Assembly: GCF_000009045.1 (NCBI RefSeq) | Contig: NC_000964.3 | Coordinates: 1,364,001 to 1,428,000 of the forward strand | DNA from: Bacillus subtilis subsp. subtilis str. 168 | Lineage (GTDB): Bacteria; Bacillota; Bacilli; Bacillales; Bacillaceae | Length of the DNA stretch: 64,000 nucleotides | Reading direction: 5' to 3' | Part shown: one piece after another, positions 57,924 to 64,000 of the stretch | Position numbering within the stretch: position 1 is the stretch's first letter | How the letters are laid out: every line of letters begins with the position of its first letter | The notes under the pieces: model-generated | The model's database searches: none | The model's input: only the letters and a program-made list of their open reading frames with translations | What the model was told of the DNA's origin: nothing | Position numbers and translations under genes: made by a program

Positions 57924-58012
57924 AACATATGGCACGTTCCCTTTTTTCACGGCCGACATATCATTTTATTAAGTTAAAAAAGTTGGTCTGATGAAAAAGG
58001 AGGACAAAGCAA

Positions 58013-58138
58013 TTGAAGCCGAGCCGCTCTGAGAAACTTGCCGTTTTTGCCGAACTGTTTGTGAAACTGCATATCTTATCAAGCGCTCAAAAAGATGAAA
58101 TCATCAATGTTAACAAAAAGAAACAAAAAAACCGCTGA
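58013..58138 (+). CDS. Candidate 41-aa small protein
   Basis: AAGGAGG 57997-58003 followed by TTG 9 nt later; translates MKPSRSEKLAVFAELFVKLHILSSAQKDEIINVNKKKQKNR*. Confidence 0.5.
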   Translation: MKPSRSEKLAVFAELFVKLHILSSAQKDEIINVNKKKQKNR

Positions 58139-58173
58139 CTCGGCTCCAAATGAGCAAAGTCCAGCGGTTTTTT
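58126..58173. terminator. Bidirectional terminator between the ogt region and mtnA
   Basis: aaaaaaccgctg...cagcggtttttt. Confidence 0.8.
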
Positions 58174-59233
58174 AATGCACCTTTTCTCCTTTAAACAGCT
58201 GTTCAATCTCTTCTTCATAGTTTCCGGTCATAATCCCTTTTTCTGTGATGATTCCTGAAATGAGATCATGAGGTGTAATGTCGAAAGCGGGATTAAAGAC
58301 AGGCACATTGGATGGAGCGGTCCGAACTCCGGAAATCTGCCTGACTTCCTCGGGATCTCGTTCCTCTATCGGGATATCAGCGCCGCATTTGACCTTTGTA
58401 TCAAATGTAGATAAAGGTGCGGCGACAAAAAACGGAATATCAAAGGCGTTTGCTAAAATAGCAAGACCGTATGTGCCGATTTTATTTGCCGTATCACCGT
58501 TCTTTGCAATTCGGTCGGCTCCGACGATAACAGCGGAAATTTGTTTTTCCTTCATCGTATGGGCGGCCATGCTGTCTGTGATCAGAGTGACATCAATGCC
58601 CCCCTGCATCAGCTCCCAAGCAGTAAGGCGTGAACCTTGCAGGACAGGCCTTGTTTCACAGGCATAAATGTGTAATCCCAAATCTTTTTGTTTGGCCAAG
58701 TAAAACGGAGCTAGCGCCGTTCCATAGCGGCTTGTCGCGATTGAGCCGGCATTGCAGATCGTCATGATCCTGTCGCCTTTTTTGAAAAGCTGCAGGGCGT
58801 TTTGGCCGATCAACCGGCACGTTTCCTCATCCTCGACCTGAATCTGAATGGCTTCATGGACAAGGTTTGTTTTTGCTTCATTTACGGAAATCGCGTTTTC
58901 GACCGAATGACTCAGTCTCTCAAGCGCCCATGACAAATTAATGGCGGTAGGCCGTGAGCTGTTTAAATATTGTTTGATGTCTTCCAGTCTGCGGCGGAAT
59001 TCCGTGACATTGTCTGTTTCAATGTCTTTGGCAGCAAGCGCCAGTCCGAAGGCAGCTGTAATGCCGATCGCCGGAGCGCCCCTTACTTTGAGCGTGACAA
59101 TCGCATCAAATACATCCTCTTTCGTCGTCAGCTCCAAATATTCCGTCTCATCAGGAAGCTTTTGCTGATTTAAAATGGTAATAGCTGTTTCTTTCCATTC
59201 AACAGAACGTGGAACAGCAAATGAATGGGTCAT
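58172..59233 (-). CDS. mtnA: Methylthioribose-1-phosphate isomerase
   Basis: [34 protein letters not shown] and NKIGT. Confidence 0.98.
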
Positions 59234-59240
59234 GAATAGA

Positions 59241-60449
<1,209 letters not shown>

Positions 60450-60476
60450 TTATGTAATTAATTAATATGTGGCCGT

Positions 60477-60683
60477 AAAAAAGCCTCCTTCTCAGAGAGA
60501 AGGAGGCTTAACATCTATGTCCGCCTCTCTTATCTCTCAGATCAGATCTGAATGGAATTAGCACCGTGCCTTAAGAGACCAGCGTCTCGGCGCGAAAAAA
60601 ATGCGCCCCATTTCACAATGGAATTACGGTCGGTTGCTTTTGGGGTCAAAAGGCCAAATCCCTCGCCCAACTCTCGATAAGAG
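60477..60683 (-). ncRNA. SAM-I riboswitch of mtnKA with terminator
   Basis: Aptamer 60683-60527 is nearly identical to the metE one, including the P3 insertion. Terminator aagcctccttctc/gagaaggaggctt plus U run. Confidence 0.97.
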
Positions 60684-60728
60684 AATATATTCACTTGTTT
60701 GACAATTCTAATTTATCAGTTGATGAAC

Positions 60729-60758
60729 ATGGTAACAGGTAATTTAGTTAGTTGTCAA
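60729..60758 (-). promoter_or_regulatory. Sigma-A promoter of mtnKA
   Basis: TTGACA-N18 with extended -10 TGt-TACCAT. Confidence 0.7.
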
Positions 60759-60766
60759 TATATTTT

Positions 60767-61546
60767 TTAATATAAATCTTTTCTGATATCATCGAAAACA
60801 GGAATGCTCTCCCGAACTTCTGCGCTTTCTTGAAGGTCGATTTCCGCTCGGACTATGCCTTCTTCCCGGCCGCCTTCAGCAAGTACACGTCCCCATGGAT
60901 CAATAATCAGGCTATGTCCTGCAAATTCATTATCCGGATTTGAACCGGTACAATTGCAGGCTGCGACAAAGCATTGGTTTTCAATGGCCCGCGCAATAAG
61001 CAGGCTTTTCCAATGATCAAGGCGGGGAAGAGGCCATTCCGCAGAAATAAACAGCACGTTGGCGCCTTTTGTCGTATGTTTTCTGATCCATTCCGGAAAA
61101 CGGATATCGTAACAGATCAATCCAGAGCTTTTGACGCCGTCAAGCTCAAAGTATCCGTCTTCGGAACCGGCTGATAAATACAGATGCTCATCCATCAGCT
61201 GAAAAAGATGGGCTTTTCTGTACTCTTTAATGATTTGCCCTTCCTTATCCGCGATGTACATTGTATTATAAACATCAGAATTCTTCCTGACAGCGACCGA
61301 TCCGGCGACAATATGAACACCATGTTTTTTTGCCGTTTTCTTCAGCCAGCTCTGAGCGGAGCGGCCGTCTTCGTCAGCGAGTTCATCAAGATTGGCCAGA
61401 TCATATCCGGTCGTCCATAATTCAGGCAGAACAAGAACATCAGCATGTTTGCTTTCTTTTTCGATGAAAAATTCAGCCTTTTTTATATTTTCCGAAGGTT
61501 TTCCGTATGAAATATCAAATTGAAGACAAGATATCGTCCATTTCAT
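60767..61546 (-). CDS. mtnU: Carbon-nitrogen hydrolase (omega-amidase-like, Nit family)
   Basis: Glu-Lys-Cys triad: VLPELW, YRKAHLF and ICYDIRFPE. Confidence 0.95.
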   Translation of the reverse strand: MKWTISCLQFDISYGKPSENIKKAEFFIEKESKHADVLVLPELWTTGYDLANLDELADEDGRSAQSWLKKTAKKHGVHIVAGSVAVRKNSDVYNTMYIADKEGQIIKEYRKAHLFQLMDEHLYLSAGSEDGYFELDGVKSSGLICYDIRFPEWIRKHTTKGANVLFISAEWPLPRLDHWKSLLIARAIENQCFVAACNCTGSNPDNEFAGHSLIIDPWGRVLAEGGREEGIVRAEIDLQESAEVRESIPVFDDIRKDLY

Positions 61547-61640
61547 CTTTTTAACACCCCAAATTTTTCTTTACTTTTTTCATTTAACCATATATGATGA
61601 TGGACTATCATTTCAAGATTTTTTTAGAAGGTGAGAATAG

Positions 61641-62837
61641 ATGAAATTTGAACAGTCTCATGTATTGAAGGAATTGCCTAAACAATTCTTCGCTTCTCTG
61701 GTGCAGAAAGTGAACCGAAAGCTTGCAGAAGGACATGACGTTATCAATCTGGGACAGGGAAATCCAGATCAGCCGACTCCTGAGCATATTGTTGAGGAGA
61801 TGAAACGAGCTGTCGCTGATCCTGAGAATCATAAATATTCGTCTTTTCGCGGCTCATACCGTCTGAAGTCAGCGGCTGCTGCATTTTACAAAAGAGAATA
61901 CGGCATTGATCTGGATCCGGAAACCGAAGTCGCTGTATTATTCGGCGGAAAAGCCGGTCTAGTCGAGCTCCCGCAATGCTTGTTGAATCCCGGTGATACG
62001 ATTTTAGTTCCCGATCCGGGTTATCCTGATTACTGGTCGGGTGTCACACTTGCAAAAGCAAAGATGGAAATGATGCCGCTCGTAAAGGACAGAGCGTTTC
62101 TCCCTGATTACAGCAGCATAACCGCTGAAATAAGGGAACAGGCGAAATTGATGTATTTGAATTATCCGAATAATCCGACTGGAGCTGTTGCTACTTCCGA
62201 GTTCTTTGAAGATACCGTGCGTTTTGCGGCTGAAAACGGAATCTGCGTCGTTCACGATTTTGCTTACGGCGCTGTAGGATTTGACGGCTGCAAGCCTTTA
62301 AGCTTTTTGCAGACTGAAGGTGCGAAGGATATCGGAATTGAAATTTACACGCTGTCAAAAACGTATAATATGGCAGGATGGCGGGTTGGCTTTGCCGTCG
62401 GAAACGCTTCGGTCATTGAAGCGATCAATCTTTATCAAGACCATATGTTTGTCAGTCTTTTCAGAGCGACTCAGGAGGCTGCAGCAGAGGCACTGTTAGC
62501 CGATCAGACGTGTGTGGCAGAGCAAAATGCCAGGTATGAGAGCAGGAGAAACGCTTGGATCACGGCATGCCGGGAAATCGGCTGGGATGTAACAGCTCCC
62601 GCAGGTTCTTTTTTTGCATGGCTGCCTGTGCCTGAAGGCTATACTTCTGAGCAGTTCTCAGATCTTTTGCTGGAAAAAGCGAATGTGGCAGTTGCGGCTG
62701 GAAACGGCTTCGGTGAATATGGCGAGGGCTACGTCAGAGTCGGACTTTTAACAAGTGAAGAAAGACTTAAGGAAGCCGCTTATCGAATTGGCAAACTGAA
62801 CCTGTTTACCCAAAAAAGCATTGACAAGACCTTATAA
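61641..62837 (+). CDS. mtnE: PLP aminotransferase (glutamine:KMTB transaminase) of methionine salvage
   Basis: LGQGNPD, NYPNNPTG, HDFAY and PLP-Lys motif LSKTYNMAGWRVG. Confidence 0.95.
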   Translation: MKFEQSHVLKELPKQFFASLVQKVNRKLAEGHDVINLGQGNPDQPTPEHIVEEMKRAVADPENHKYSSFRGSYRLKSAAAAFYKREYGIDLDPETEVAVLFGGKAGLVELPQCLLNPGDTILVPDPGYPDYWSGVTLAKAKMEMMPLVKDRAFLPDYSSITAEIREQAKLMYLNYPNNPTGAVATSEFFEDTVRFAAENGICVVHDFAYGAVGFDGCKPLSFLQTEGAKDIGIEIYTLSKTYNMAGWRVGFAVGNASVIEAINLYQDHMFVSLFRATQEAAAEALLADQTCVAEQNARYESRRNAWITACREIGWDVTAPAGSFFAWLPVPEGYTSEQFSDLLLEKANVAVAAGNGFGEYGEGYVRVGLLTSEERLKEAAYRIGKLNLFTQKSIDKTL

Positions 62838-62849
62838 CGATGGGATAAT
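62821..62849 (+). promoter_or_regulatory. Sigma-A promoter of mtnW
   Basis: TTGACA-N17-GATAAT with an extended TG; the -35 lies in the last codons of mtnE. Confidence 0.7.
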
Positions 62850-62876
62850 TCAAAATAATTTATAAAATCTATATTT

Positions 62877-63030
62877 TCTTATCAAGAGCAGGCAGAGGGA
62901 CGAGCCCGATGAAGCCCGGCAACCGACTTATAAAGCACGGTGCTAATTCTTGCAGCTAGCGGCTGAGAGATAAGATTCGGACGAGAAACGAAACCTCTTT
63001 AGACGCGATTGCAGTTTGAAGAGGTTTTTT
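62877..63030 (+). ncRNA. SAM-I riboswitch of mtnW with terminator
   Basis: Compact aptamer 62877-62975: UCUUAUCAAGAG..GAGGGA..GCCCGAUGAAGCCCGGCAACC..GGUGCUAAUUC..GAUAAGA. Terminator aaacctctt/aagaggttt plus T run. Confidence 0.97.
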
Positions 63031-63060
63031 GATATGGATGAAAATGAAAGGAGCTCTGGC

Positions 63061-64000
63061 ATGAGTGAGTTATTAGCGACATATCTCCTGACCGAACCGG
63101 GAGCCGATACAGAGAAGAAAGCAGAACAAATCGCAACAGGATTGACAGTAGGCTCCTGGACTGATCTGCCCCTTGTAAAACAGGAGCAAATGCAAAAGCA
63201 CAAGGGGCGGGTGATAAAAGTTGAGGAGAGAGAGGGAACTGCTGCATCAGAAAAACAAGCGGTCATCACAATTGCCTATCCTGAAATCAATTTCTCTCAG
63301 GATATTCCGGCTTTGCTGACAACAGTGTTTGGCAAGCTGTCCCTGGACGGAAAAATCAAATTAATCGATCTTCACTTCTCTGAAGCATTTAAGCGTGCAC
63401 TGCCGGGACCGAAGTTTGGCGTATACGGCATCCGGAAGCTGCTGGGAGAGTTTGAGAGACCGCTGTTAATGAGCATATTTAAAGGCGTAATCGGAAGGGA
63501 CCTGAGTGATATTAAAGAACAGCTCCGGCAGCAGGCGCTTGGCGGAGTTGACTTGATTAAAGACGATGAAATTTTCTTTGAGACTGGTCTAGCGCCTTTT
63601 GAAACAAGAATTGCAGAAGGAAAGCAAATATTGAAAGAAACGTATGAACAAACCGGACATAAAACGCTGTATGCGGTGAATTTGACCGGACGTACGGCTG
63701 ATCTGAAAGACAAAGCGAGACGCGCCGCCGAATTGGGAGCGGATGCGCTTTTGTTTAATGTCTTCGCTTACGGCTTGGACGTTATGCAAGGCCTTGCAGA
63801 AGATCCTGAAATCCCAGTTCCGATTATGGCGCATCCAGCAGTGAGCGGAGCGTTTACGTCTTCTCCGTTTTACGGTTTTTCTCACGCTCTTTTACTCGGA
63901 AAATTAAACCGATATTGCGGTGCTGACTTCAGCCTCTTTCCGTCTCCATATGGTTCGGTTGCGCTTCCAAGAGCAGATGCACTGGCGATTCATGAAGAAT
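63061..64000 (+). CDS. mtnW: RuBisCO-like protein (form IV), DK-MTP-1-P enolase; runs off the window end
   Basis: RBS gaaaggag; translates [10 protein letters not shown]...GLTVGSW...; RuBisCO signature [10 protein letters not shown]. Missed by the ORF track because the stop codon is outside the window. Confidence 0.96.

Noticed and set aside
63061-64000. RuBisCO-like gene as evidence for carbon fixation
   Set aside because: Form IV RuBisCO-like protein in an S-box-controlled methionine-salvage cluster; it is the established MtnW enolase.

Overview
This is a core-chromosome segment of Bacillus subtilis or a very close relative. I recognised it from protein sequences and gene order (dppD/dppE to mtnW), which match strain 168 as I recall it. 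It is densely coding, with about 65 CDSs, and I found no obvious frameshifts. I saw no rRNA, tRNA, CRISPR array, prophage, IS element, integrase or defence island. Contents, in order: dipeptide/murein-peptide recycling (dppE, ykfABCD), pgl, ykgA, ykhA, hmp, ykjA, ykkAB, the guanidine exporter gdnCD, purU, proBA, ohrA/R/B, guaD, metE, isp, rsbRB, the thiamine ECF transporter thiUVWX, the two-component/PepSY cluster ykoGHIJ, mgtE, tnrA, a glycosylation-like cluster ykoNPQST, NHEJ genes ligD/ku, dgcW, ykoX, ykoY, sigI-rsgI, sspD, ykrK/htpX, ktrD, ykrP, kinE-ogt and the methionine-salvage genes mtnAKUEW. There are eight cis-regulatory RNAs: guanidine-I, a Pro T-box, three SAM-I, TPP, M-box and yybP-ykoY. 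I cannot claim a clearly new system. The best leads are: (1) a 40-codon ORF with a perfect RBS between the M-box and mgtE; (2) a duplicated ~280-bp promoter-SAM-I-terminator cassette at metE and mtnK that shares a structured P3 insertion; (3) the uncharacterised ykoN-P-Q-S-T glycosylation cluster, with the DedA gene ykoX nearby; (4) the orphan ykoGHIJ module with a candidate response-regulator repeat upstream of ykoJ; (5) a 41-codon ORF with a strong RBS after ogt. Gene names and family assignments come from sequence recognition, not from database searches.
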